DNA of 47,770 nt. It comes from Vicugna vicugna (Eukaryota). Made by a program: the position numbers and the translations under genes. Below are positions 1 to 11,360 of this stretch, piece after piece (the stretch's first letter is position 1; the number at the start of each line of letters is the position of its first letter). The notes under the pieces were generated by a model. The model saw nothing but the letters and a program-made list of their open reading frames with translations. It was not told the DNA's origin and ran no database searches. The stretch lies in NCBI GenBank assembly GCA_013265495.1, contig MU061579.1, forward strand, positions 248,001 to 295,770, in the 5' to 3' direction.

Positions 1-1228
1 TGCTGAAGTCCCTTACTACTATTGTGTTACAGTCAGTTTCTCCCTTTATGTCTGTTAATATTTGCTTTATGTATTTAGGAGCTTCTATATTGGGTGCATA
101 TACATTTACAATTGTTAGATCTTTTCCTCAGATTGATCCCTTATTCATTAGGTAATGTCCTTCTTTGTCTCTTGTTACAATCTTTGTTTTAAATTCCATT
201 TTGTTTGATGTAAGTATCAGTACCCTGGCTTTCTTTTCATTTTAATAAGCAAGGGATACTTTTTTCCATCCCCTTATTTTCAGTCTGTGTGTCTTTAGGT
301 CTGAAGTGAGTCTCTGTAGGCAGCATATGTATATCTTGCTTTTGTGTCCATCCAGCCATTCAGTGTCTTTTGATTGGAGCATTTAGTTGATTTACATTTA
401 AAGTAATTATTGATAGATACATATTAATTACAATTTGGGTAATTGTTTTGGGATTGTTTTTGTAGTTCTTTTTGTTTCATTCTTCTTTTGCTCTCTTCTC
501 TTGAGATTTGATAATTATCATTAACATTATGTTTGGATTTCTTTGTGTGTGTATTGTGTGTGTATCTATTATAAAATTGTCGTTTGTGGTTACTGTGATG
601 TTTATATATAGAAATCTATATATTTTCATGATTATTTTAAGTTGCTGATCTCTTAAGTTCAAATGCATATTAAGAACCCTGCATTTTAATTTCCCCCAAG
701 TATACTGTTTTTGACATATTTTACATTTTTTTCTTTTTTTGCATAGTCCTTAAATACTTATTGTGGCCTTAGATGATTTTACTACTTTTGTCTTTAGATT
801 TCCTACTAGCATTATAAGTGATTGATCTACTACCTTTATTCTATATTTGCCTTTACCAATGAGATTTTTCTTTTTATATTTCTCTTATTTCTTACTTTGG
901 CTTTTCCTTTTCTGCTTAGACAAGTCCCTTTAATATTTCTTTTAAGCTGGTTTGGCAGTGCTGAACTCTTTTAGCTTTTGCTTGTCTGTAAAACTTTTGA
1001 TCTCTTCTTTAAATCTAAATGATATCCTTGCCTAGAATATTCTTGGTTTTGTGTTTTTTTCCTTTCTTTTCTTTAAATATATTGTGTCACCCCCTTCTGA
1101 CTTCCAGAGTTTCTGCTGATAGCCAGTTGATAGCCTCATGGAAGTTCACCTGTATGTAACTAGTTGCTTTTCCCTCCCTGCTTTTAATATTCTCTATCAT
1201 TAATTTTAGCCAGTTTAAGTACAGTGTG
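1..1228 (-). mobile_element. LINE-1 fragment (ORF2 endonuclease region, inter-ORF region and 3' part of ORF1), degenerate
   Basis: Typical antisense L1 text: ttgggtgcatatacatttacaattgtt, cagtctgtgtgtctttaggtctgaagtgagtctctgtaggcagcat, tttagcttttgcttgtctgtaaaac, gagtttctgctga. Many stops. Confidence 0.9.
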
Positions 1229-1743
1229 GTCCAACAAGCCAATAAATCCAGAAATGAGGTGTTGGGGCAGGAATAGTTACTTTATTCAGAAAGCCAGCAG
1301 ACAAAGAAGATGGCAGACTAGTTTCCCAAAGAAAAATATTTCCCAAGTTAGAATTCAGGCTTCTTTTTATACTAAAAGGGGAGGGTGTATGGCTGGTTGT
1401 TGCAGACCTCTTAGAGCTGGCCAGGCTCCAGGTGTGATGTGATAATCCTTTGTTCTTGCAGCTGTCCACATAGGTCTAGTCATGATGTTCCTGCAAACCT
1501 CCAACAAGGCAAATGTTTTGCAACTTTCTATAAATGAAAAGTGTTATGCCTTTGAGGTCAAGCCTGGGAAGGAGAGTCTTGAGCAAGATAATTATGTATG
1601 TTTCAAGCTACAGACAAAATTATATTACCGACTACCAGACAGAGGCACAGAGCCAGCATGACTAAGCACAGGCAACATAGCACAAAGGGTAGAGCTGAGG
1701 GAATAGATCCAGCATGGAGACAGGTTTATTCTTCTTAGTTACA
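1229..1743 (-). mobile_element. ERV1-type solo LTR (MER34/MER39-like 3' end), 3' terminus clipped
   Basis: The minus strand starts TGTAAC at 1743, has TATAAAAA at 1371-1364 and AATAAA at 1286-1281. Homologous along its length to the LTR at 1782-2299. Confidence 0.8.
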
Positions 1744-1781
1744 GACTCAAAGAATGACTTAAGATGTGATCCTGGTATTTC

Positions 1782-2299
1782 TATAATAGAGAAAACTAAA
1801 TCTGACTCCATAGTAGATCTGTTTCTTTAACTTTAACCTCTGTATTCTGTTGCTTTTGCTAAAAGTTAATCAAAGGGATGTTACCTATAGCTTAAAGTAT
1901 ACATAATGGCCCATATCCAGGAACCCTGCCTCCCATGCTTGATCTAATAGCTCATATACCTTTTTTTAAGCTCACAGGAAACATCCTGACCAGTCCCACC
2001 TATCAGTGCCTGCAGGAAGCAAGACATTAACACATCCCTTCCAGAGTCTGGTGGAACCAGAAAATATTTGCAGCAATTTATTGCCTCTTTTACTTTACTT
2101 CCTTGCCCTTCTCCTACTTTTGCCCTATAAAAGAACCTAAAATTCAAACCTGGGCAAGATGGTTCTTTGGGACACTAGTTCATCATCTTCTCATTTTGCT
2201 GGCTTTCCGAATAAAGTCACTGTTCTTTGTCCCAACAATTCCTCTCTTGATTTATTGGCCTGTTGTGCAGCAAGAAGTAATACCTCGGACTCAGTGACA
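1782..2299 (+). mobile_element. ERV1-type solo LTR (MER34/MER39-like 3' end)
   Basis: TA..CA termini (probable TG>TA change), TATAAAA 2126-2132, AATAAA 2210-2215, and a 4-bp TSD with one mismatch (tttc 1778-1781 / cttc 2300-2303). Confidence 0.85.
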
Positions 2300-2324
2300 C
2301 TTCTGTCCTCTGAAAGAGACTGTA

Positions 2325-2866
2325 ATGAACTGGTTTAATTTCTTCCTTAAGTGTTTGATGAATTCACTAGTAAATCATCAGGGCCTGATGCTTTCTATTT
2401 TGGAAGGATTTTAATTATTGATTTGATTTTTTAGTAGACGAAGGCTTAAGCAGATTGTCAACTTTTTTCTTGTGTGAGTTTTGGCAAATTGTGTCATTCA
2501 AGGAATAGGTCCATTTCATCCAGATTATTAAATCTGTGGCCAGACTTGTTTATAGTATTTCCTTTTCATCCTTTTAATGTCCATAGGATCAGTAGTGATG
2601 TTATTTCTTTAATTTCTAATATTAGTAACCTGTGTCTTCTTTTTCTCTTTGTTAGCCTGGCTAGAGGCTTATCAATTTTATTGATCTTTCAAAGAATCAG
2701 ATTTTGATTTTATTGATTCTCACTATTGATACCTTGTTTCAAATTTTATTAATTTCTACTTTAGTTTTCATATTTTTTTTCTTATGTTTAGTTTGTATTT
2801 AGTTTTCTCTTCTTTTATTTAGGTTTCTAAAGTGGAAATATTGATTACTTATTTTAGGTATTTCTT
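2325..2866 (-). mobile_element. LINE-1 ORF2 internal fragment (a separate copy from 1-1228)
   Basis: gtttgatgaattcactagtaaatcatcagggcctg and gttagcctggctagaggcttatcaattttattgatctttcaaagaatcag are typical antisense L1M ORF2. Confidence 0.9.
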
Positions 2867-2867
2867 T

Positions 2868-3194
2868 TTTATACATGGGAGAAATTTGGGCATGGAAGCA
2901 AACATACATAGAGGCAAGACAATGTGAAGACACACAAGAGAATGCCATGTGAAGACATAGGATAGGAGTAATGCATCTACAAGCCAAAGAACACTAAAGA
3001 TTTTCAGGAAACCACAGGATATAGGGAGGGGGAAAGGAGGATTGACTTGCAGGTTTTAGAGGGAGAATGACTTTTCCTGACACCTTGATTTTGGACTTCT
3101 GTTCTTCAAAGCTCTTAGAGAACACATTTTTGGGTTCTTTTAAAGCCACTTAGTTTATGGAACTTTGTTATGGAAGTCTTAGGAAACTAACACA
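2868..3194 (+). mobile_element. MaLR LTR, MLT1B/C-like, 5'-truncated
   Basis: gccatgtgaagac, atgcatctacaagccaaagaacac, gacaccttgattttggacttct, and the 3' end tttgttatggaagtcttaggaaactaacaca. Confidence 0.85.
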
Positions 3195-4435
3195 GTAATG
3201 AACATTATTGTAAAAAAAAAAGTGAACTAGTAATGATAGTAAACACCTAAGTAACTGTTTTTCCAGGGTCTCAGTGTGCTTAAGAGTTTAAATTCCTAAA
3301 AAGAACAACAGATTATTAGACTGACATTTTTTCTTCCAGGATATTTACCGTTTTTCTTTGCCCCTCATTTTACTTATACACATCCCCAAAGAAATTTAAA
3401 AAACTATGTAAAAATTTTTTGTGGATACTGTTATTTTTTACTGCTGTTGCCCCTTTTTTCTACATCAATCCCTAAAATCTTTGTTGAGTATTGTCCTATT
3501 TCTCTGTGTCTCTCTCTTTATCACTCTGTCTCTCCTCCTCTAGTAATTATTTTTTAAAGAAGTCAAAGTGGTGGAGATTAACTTTAGTTTGCTTTTTTAA
3601 TGGCCCTTTTTTATATTTCAAAGTCCCCACCAGAATCTTTTTGAGTAAATATCTATTCAATTATTTCCTACCCAAATATTTTAGTTGTGAGATTTACTCC
3701 TCTTATGATTCCATTCTGTGTTGATTCATCCCTTTAACTCAATTCAAATTGCAAAGACCTCAAATTACTTAATTACTGATGAAAGACAGTTGGGAACTTT
3801 GAAGGTACTTGACCAAATTTTCTCAGTCCATATTATCATAAGCTTATTTTATCTATATAGTTCTATGTAATCATATAATTTTTATAGGACGAATTTTCCA
3901 TGAAAAATCATAAAGCAAATGACTAAATGTGAAGTTACTGATATTCTATGGCGATCATGTAGTAGATGAGGATTTTTTTAAATTAAATCTAGAAATTATT
4001 CTTTTCAGCCATATAATTTTAGAATTTGAATAAATATGAGATAATTTGGATTAATATTTACATTTGTATAAACTAAGCAACAGATGTCTTAGCAAATTTA
4101 GCCAAAACCAGCCAGGTGCATCCTACATGTTGGAATGGAGTCAGTGTATCAGAGAAATGATAAAATAATTTCTAAATATTACTTACATTTACTGGAAAGT
4201 AGGTTAACCATTGTTAGACTTTAATTTAGATTCTTGATCTGTTCTGATATGATTTTCATGAATTCTGATGAAATTCTTCACTTTATTTATGTATTCATAC
4301 ATTTTTTCTAAACATTGTTATATTCCAATTTCTTCATGTTTTTTATTTAAGAGAAATGTCTCAGGATATGTAATAAATCTATATAATTTCTAGACAAATA
4401 TCTCAATTTTAGAAAATTTCATTGCATAAAATCAA

Positions 4436-4451
4436 AGAGAGAGAGAGAGAG
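4436..4451. repeat. (AG)8 microsatellite
   Basis: Read directly from the sequence. Confidence 0.95.
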
Positions 4452-4749
4452 CTGGTGCAAAAGAGTAAACTACTATTCTTTCTACCCTATTTTTTTGTGC
4501 TCTGATTTTTTTCTTTTTTTTGTTGTATAGAAATTCATTCTAACATACCAATGCACATAAGTATAATCACAAAGAAACCTTACTCTTCTTCCACTTTGTT
4601 TCCACTCTTGAATTTTGCTTCATAGATAACATGATATATATTTCATAATTTTAGCAAAGCAGGGCTATTTATGATAATTGCATTTTCTTCTCTTCTGTCC
4701 ACTATAAAATTGTCTCTTGACATAAAGGTCAATTAAAATAAATTTGTTT

Positions 4750-4860
4750 TGAGGTTAAGAAATCTGAGTTTAGTTCCAGCTGTATAACTCTGGAAAAGCA
4801 AGTTAACCTCTGAATCTGTGTTTCCTCATGTATGCAGAAACATCACAGTGTTTATCATAT
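4750..4860 (+). mobile_element. MIR fragment
   Basis: MIR core: gcaagttaacctctgaatctgtgtttcctcatgtatg. Confidence 0.7.
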
Positions 4861-5689
4861 TTCCTTCAAATGTTCAGAGAATATAAAAGGACCTTAAAAA
4901 TATAAGATTGTGTTTATAAAAATATTTATAGCCCAATCTTCAATTGTTATCAACATTTCTAGGAGATGAAATTAATAACTACTTTTACTCTTTAACTAAA
5001 TAGACACTGTATCCAAGGTTATCCTGGGAGTGTATTATAAGCACCATTATCTGAAGAATTTGCCCAGCTTTGCCTTGGCTATTAGTTGTATGTAGTAAGC
5101 TACTTATGTTAACCTAAAGATAAATGCTTTTAAATGAGAATGAAGTAAATGAGACAACAGGGAATTTACAAAACAAAACAAAAAAAAATGATAGAAAAAG
5201 AAAGAAACTCATATCACGATGTCATTTAAAACATTAAGTACCTGGTGGAAGTTAGGGTGTTACATAAATCTGTTAATTTCTAGATAGATCATGTATAAGA
5301 GAAAAATCTCCATGAAATGACAGGAAATAAAGAATAGAAAAACCATCCATTACATTCTTTTATTAATCTCCACTGGCACCATTTCAACTCTGTTTGTTAT
5401 ATCTCTTGCTTAATATCATACTTTACATATTTTAAATGCAATACTTTGCACATGTGGCGAGCTACATACAGTGGAGAAGCAACTTCATAACTTGATGCCC
5501 ATGTAGCATGATGTGCATCCTTCTTCTGCCTTGGTATCACTCTTTATTCCTCAATCCTCAGCCTTTTGGATCATCCACTTTGAAGGTGATCCCCACTGTT
5601 TTTCTATTTGTCTTCATTTCATGAATTAGTAATTTCAGTTTTTTACTAACTGTGATGTGTACTCGTGTAAGTAATATTTTGTTAGTACC

Positions 5690-5790
5690 ATGACTGAAGA
5701 GACCATGCTAGTTTTCTTTATTATCTTAAATCCAATTTGTAGGACAGTATTTGGAACAAGTAGGCACCAAATAAATACAAGTGGAATAAT
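5690..5790 (+). mobile_element. L2 3'-end fragment
   Basis: ggacagtatttggaacaagtaggcaccaaataaatac resembles the L2 3' terminus. Confidence 0.55.
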
Positions 5791-5834
5791 ATAATACATG
5801 GTTCCTACAATTTTATTTATTTTAAGCACTATTA

Positions 5835-6095
5835 ACTCATTTATTCTTTAAATGAATATTTATTGAGCACTTAACATATATCAGTAAATAAGACACTAAA
5901 AAGACCTGCCTTATTCACTTAGATTGTATAAGGGAAAAGGGACCATGACAGTAAGCAATAAATAAATAATTTTATAGTATGTTAGAAAGCAATAAGTGAT
6001 TCTGAAAAAATAAAATAGCCTAGTATAATGGGGATTAGATATTTGGGGCCAGGGGCCAGGGCAGGTTAATATATTAACAGGAAGAAATGTTAAGT
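5835..6095 (-). mobile_element. L2 3'-end fragment
   Basis: gaatatttattgagcactta, aagacctgccttattcacttagattgtataaggg, gtatgttagaaagcaataagtgattctg. Confidence 0.65.
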
Positions 6096-7429
6096 TCATT
6101 CGTTGGCTTTGCTGATCACTAGCTTCACGACTTCATTTTCTAAGGCACTTTTGCAAAATCAGTTATTTGAAAATTTACCCTGAGGTGCTTACAACTACAA
6201 CACTCTATTATCCTGTGTCTCAGCTAAGCAACTCTCTGATCCATCACTGAGGATGAATCAGTGATATTAATGATTGTTAGAATCTAATAATTCAAATGGA
6301 GGCATCATATTAAACCCCAAAACCCTGACTTTGATAATGTATGAACAAAATATATTTGTTACTGTTTGAAGCTCGGTATTAATTTTATTCATCACCCATA
6401 ATCTCTGCATACGAAAAGCTGCTAATTACATCACTGCATTTCCACAGTTACTAAAAATAATACAATGGTAAGCATAACAAAATTACTTCAAAGTAGAATA
6501 TAAAGAAAGTAACACTTTATAATATTCTATAATATAACTATGTTATATTTATGTATTTTATATAGTTATAATATGTTATCTTTATGATGTTATACAATGC
6601 CAGGTTTGCTTGATTTTCTGGAATAAGAAACTGTGATGTAAAAAATGTTAGATATTCATAGTGTGGATTTGATGCACTGGATGTACTGCCTGTCTACACT
6701 TTTCCAGGTGGCTCTTCAAACTAAAGCTTAACTACTTAAGAATTTCAAATATGACAAATAGCTTTTGAAGTTGACTTTTGTATGTATGTCAGAGAAGCAC
6801 AAGATGGAATATAAATAAAAACAGCTCACAGAAACAAGGTTTAAGATCTGACATTTCTAAGCAGCAGGTTTCTTCTGTCCTCAAGGAGATAAACAAAACT
6901 ATTGAAAACCCCATTAGGTATATTTATAGCCTGGACTTAATGTCCAGGATGTAAACTAAGATGCCAAACTGCCAGCTACCAACCTTGAAATGGAAGAAAA
7001 CAGTTTCTCAGAGTGAACATTTTTATCCTTTTTTCATCAATATTCCAAAACCATGGCACCTTAATCTTTTATGCAAGGGAAGACTTCTTTTAGATTACTT
7101 TCCATGAATTTTTTTTTGGTAAAAAACAGAAACAAAATTGTCTATAGAAAGTTCACTAACCTGTTTTCTGTTATACTTACTTATTCTTCGATATGGAAAG
7201 AGGGGTTTAGAGAAGCAGTATTCAGGGCTTTTCATGTAAAGTCAGGCTCATGTCTATTTCTCCACTTTCCTTTAAACACCACTTTCTACTCACTTGAAGT
7301 TCTCAGTGCCATGTTGTTTCCTGTATGTTTTATTTTAACTTCAGGAAGCATAACCCTTACTTTCTAAAGGCTTGCCCCTTCTTTGCCACCAGTAGCTTAG
7401 GAAACAAGCTAGAATATTTTTCTTACCTT

Positions 7430-7853
7430 TCAAATTTTACTTCAAAGTTCCAGTTATCTATTTCAGTATATTGAATACCTTCCTTCTGCAAGATTAAATT
7501 ATTCAAACCAACACTTGTGACACTGCTGCGCTTTATAAACTTTTCTATCATAGTATCTCTAGTATTTGATTGCATTTATTTATCTTTATTGTCTAGCTCC
7601 CTCTTCAAAAGCAGTGACTCTCAAGAGTTGACAGTAATGGAAGAAGATGTACATTAGTGGGAGGTGATAGACGTGCGGGGGGACGTCACACTCCAAGGTT
7701 TGCTTTTCTTTCCTGGTTGTTGTTTGCCCCTGGAGTGAAATCTTAACTTGAGCCAAGGACATGGTCTCTTTTATCTCTTTGTAACCACTTCTCAACAAAG
7801 TGTCTGGCAACCTAAACTTCACAATAAATACTTATTGCATAAATGAATGGATG
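7430..7853 (+). mobile_element. L2 3' end, apparently interrupted at about 7628-7747
   Basis: 3' terminus caaagtgtctggcaacctaaacttcacaataaatacttattgcataaatgaatggatg, plus upstream L2-like text at 7540-7627. Confidence 0.6.
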
Positions 7854-8029
7854 CTTTCTCATGAGAAGGTTACAGATATCCTGAGTGTGTGCAAATGTTT
7901 GGTTTTTTTCTCCTTTTCTTTTGCTAAAATTTTAAGTTATGTTAAGTTTGAAGTGGAAGAAGGCCCTTGTTATACTGCATTTGGTACGTCTGCGTGTTAT
8001 ATGTTGTAGATTTGTAGACCCATAGAGTC

Positions 8030-8135
8030 TGAACACTGAAAGAGTGGCATCTCGCCTGTTTTACTTATCTTTGTATCGCCCAACTTTTATCAGTGTCATG
8101 TAGGTAGTCAGTAAATAATTGTTAACTAAATGACT
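8030..8135 (+). mobile_element. L2 3'-end fragment
   Basis: ttacttatctttgtatcgcccaac...catgtaggtagtcagtaaataattgttaactaaatga. Confidence 0.55.
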
Positions 8136-8288
8136 GCATTTGTTGATATATAGTTGGACGGGAAAGAATTGATGTTTTAAAATCTCCCTCTGTTTTGATC
8201 AGTTGCTCTAGGAATAGAGATAACATTCATCCTTGGAAAGGCAGCTTCCATTATTAAAAAGAAACAAACAAAAGAAAGCATACATATG

Positions 8289-8340
8289 TGCATACACACA
8301 CGCCCACACACACACACACACACGCACATATGCACACACT
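8289..8340. repeat. Imperfect (CA)n microsatellite
   Basis: Read directly from the sequence. Confidence 0.9.
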
Positions 8341-8789
8341 CAGATATGCCTTTCCAATATACAGAGGTAAAGCCCAGGGTCTAGGTTTTATAGTCAGGGG
8401 AGAAGAGCTAAATTTTGTTCTGCATATTGAAGTAAGATTATTGCTTTTGTGTCACAACCAAGATTGTGAATTCAGTGGAATTTTGTTCATCTTTATTTAT
8501 ATAGCACTTAGCGTAATTTTGGCATTTGATGCTTGCTCCGTAAATCTTAGATGTCTTGAACTAAATGTATTGTCTTGAACTGATTTTGGTCCCAACAAAC
8601 AGCAATGTTGATCCCTTGTATATACTGAAGTTTATATTTGCATTACCATATAATTTAAAAAAAAAAAGTAACACTTTGCTATATCAGACCATAAAGATTT
8701 ACACAATTGCAGAAAGTGTTTACTTAAAACCAAAAGAATTTTTACATCTGGATTGAAATTGTTTGGAAAACGAATAGCAATAGCTCCTG

Positions 8790-8975
8790 TTAATTCCTAA
8801 GTGCCAAACATGACCATAAACAGTTTATAAACATCATTACATTTCATATTAAAAGTCACTGTTACTCCTATTTTACAGATAAGGAAATTGAGGCTCGCAA
8901 AGTGTATGAGATTAGCACGAGATAGCAGCACTAGGAGATTTCCCTGATTTAACGTGATATTGCTAGTTTGATAAT
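8790..8975 (-). mobile_element. MIR
   Basis: Core: tactcctattttacagataaggaaattgaggctc. Confidence 0.8.
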
Positions 8976-9909
8976 ATCTTGCAGTGCTGGGCTGAAAATA
9001 AAAGTACAAATTTAGTGGTTGGGGATGAAGGTATTCTCTCCTCTGGTATTGAAAATGTGCAATGTCTGTTCTAATTTTGATGCAAAGGGGAAAATGGTGC
9101 AGCAGATAGAATTTTTAAATTATTATTTGATTTTTTTGTGTGTTTGATGGAATATTTGTATTGAATTCTGAATAATAAAAAGCCCATAATTGTGTACTAT
9201 ATGCATTTTGCATTTCTATAGAGCAGTTGCTTCTTCATAATCAAATATGAAGGAAATGTTTCAGAAATTTTGATCACTGTTCCTTTGCCAATTAGTCATG
9301 GCCCAACAGATGTTTTCAAAATGATAAAACTGGCTTCATCAACCTCATTAACAGTAGTATTTGAGAAATTACTTGCCTTTAATATATCTAAGGCGAGAGT
9401 ACAGCTAATTGCTGTATTATGCAAAATTCTAGGCACTACCAAAATCCTATCCGCTTTAGGAAAACAGTGCAGTACACCCAGTACACTGTCCAGGCATTTT
9501 TTAAGGCAAACTTTGCTCTTGGTTTTTTGCAATATTTAATATGAAGCATGTGATTTTTCCCCTCTGATTATTCCCAACTGAATAACGTCTTTATCAAATT
9601 TTCTCTCTCTCTATTCCTCTCTCTTTCTTTTGCTGAATCCCTCTCCATCTCTCACATCTTCGTCTGGAAGTTACCCGGTCATTAGGGAATAAATGCAGGC
9701 CATATTTAATGTCTTGTCTATTCATACACATACATTCTAAGAGTTACAGAATACCACTTAGCACACTTATCCTGGCTGGTTGAAATTAGAGCCCTGCAGT
9801 CGGTCTTAATGAATGATAATGTTAATTCTGGTAAGAGCTTAATCGTTTATTAAGCATATTAATGTTAAGAGTTTTAGTTCTTTTTAAATCGGTACAACCG
9901 TGTAAGTAA

Positions 9910-10219
9910 AATAATGCTGTCTGCCAAAACAAAGTACAGTCTCCACTTGGACAGGATACCTAATCAATGACAGAGTATATGTCAGCTCCACCTGCTGTTT
10001 TTCATTCATTCATTCATTCATCCATTCATTTATTCACAGTGAACGTATCATTGAAGACCTACTAGTAACGCTGTCTGCCAAAACAAAGTACAGTCTCCAC
10101 TTGGATAGGGTACCTAATCAATGACAGAGTATATGACCATGTCAGCTCCACCTGCTGTTTTTCATTCATTCATTCATCCATTCATTTATTCACAGTGAAC
10201 GTATCATTGAAGACCTACT
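9910..10219. repeat. Tandem duplication, two copies (154 bp + 156 bp)
   Basis: gctgtctgccaaaacaaagtacagtctccacttgga...ttgaagacctact starts at both 9916 and 10070. Confidence 0.97.
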
Positions 10220-10300
10220 GTGGGCCAGGTACCATTCTAGGTTTGGGAGAAAGAGCAGAGACAGAAACAGATGAAATCTTTGCCCTGGAGTTTGTACCCT
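10160..10300 (-). mobile_element. L2 3' end with (TTCA)n tail
   Basis: ttcattcattcattc...cattgaagacctactgtgggccaggtaccattctagg...tttgccctggagtttgta. Confidence 0.8.
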
Positions 10301-10456
10301 CTTCTTTGGCAGTAACAGAAATAGGAAGAAACCCATCTCATCCCTTGCTTCTGTCATTTATCCTTATCCCGCAGCTCTTTTTCTCCCTGAATTAAAACAG
10401 ACCTCAGCAGGCATTCTTGTTATTTCAATCATCTTAAATTGCACCTTCGCTTACCA

Positions 10457-10777
10457 CGGAAGTTGGAACATGGCTGCAGCCAAAACAAACGAGCCACAGA
10501 AGAGCCTGTTTGAGTCTCAGTAGGCCACGTGCTCATGTAGACGTGTGTAGAGCACGCATCTTGTGATCTGTAAGTATCTTCCGTCAGACTAAATATTTTG
10601 AACCCAGACTGCTCTGGTGCTGAGTACTGAGTCAGTAGTTTCCCACGTGGGATCATACAACAGAAGGCTTTTTCATGGTCCGCTGTTAACAAATCAAATG
10701 TATCAGCAAATATAGATTAGCTAGAAACTGATGTTACACACTGAATAAAGTGCAACTAATTTAACCAGCTCCACGTG
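10457..10777. promoter_or_regulatory. Candidate enhancer: CpG-retaining motif cluster
   Basis: CACGTG at 10526, 10644 and 10772; CGTGGGAA (RBPJ) on the minus strand 10647-10640; TGAGTCA 10628-10634; CGGAAGT 10457-10463; CGTCA 10582-10586. Function is inferred only. Confidence 0.35.
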
Positions 10778-10884
10778 TGTCACTTTTTCTGTTTGTTTGC
10801 TGCAGTTACCTAGCTAAAAGAGAAAGATGTGGACTGAATAATCCTGATGGTTAAATCAGTTGTGTCTTTAACACATATCTAGAT

Positions 10885-11108
10885 AAATGGTTTTTAACTG
10901 GGGGCTGCTTTGTTCCCAGGGGAAGCTGGGCAATGTCTGGGGACATCTTTTTTTGCTTGTCACACCTGGGCAGATGCTTCTGGCATCCAGTGGGTAGAGT
11001 CCAGGACTGCTGCTGTTTACTCTACAACACATAGAGCAGCCTGCCCACTCCCCACCAAGAAAATTATCAGCCCCAAAATGTCAGTAACTTTAAGGTTGAG
11101 ATACCCTG
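10885..11108 (+). mobile_element. MER20 (hAT-Charlie non-autonomous DNA transposon)
   Basis: ggcaatgtctggggacat, tggcatccagtgggtagag, aattatcagccccaaaatgtcagta, gttgagataccctg. 8-bp TSD atctagat (10877-10884) / atctggat (11109-11116) fits the NTCTAGAN target preference. Confidence 0.92.
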
Positions 11109-11173
11109 ATCTGGATAGGGTGTGAGGGAGAGTCAAAGTTTTCATTTCTGACATAATGCCACTTATTTGTCAA

Positions 11174-11360
11174 TAGAGTTGCCAGATTTAGGAAATTGAC
11201 TCTATTGCCAATAGAGTTGCCAGTGAAATTTGTATTTCAGGTAAAGAATTGGTTTATAGCTGTGGTACATGCAGTTTGAAATATACTTGTACTAAAATAG
11301 TATTAGTTGTTTATCTGAAGTTAAAGTGTAACTGTATGTCCTGTATTTTATCTTGCACAC
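11174..11360. mobile_element. MER53 palindromic MITE with a rearranged left arm
   Basis: tagagttgccagattta start; ccagtgaaatttgtatttcag; ttgtttatctgaagttaaagtgtaactgtatgtcctgtattttatct in the right arm. Confidence 0.8.

Noticed and set aside
6510..6595. Multiple short hairpins
   Set aside because: Low-complexity AT-rich tract where such palindromes are expected by composition.
9910..10219. CRISPR-like or satellite array
   Set aside because: Only two long copies with no spacer structure, in eukaryotic DNA. It is a simple tandem duplication.
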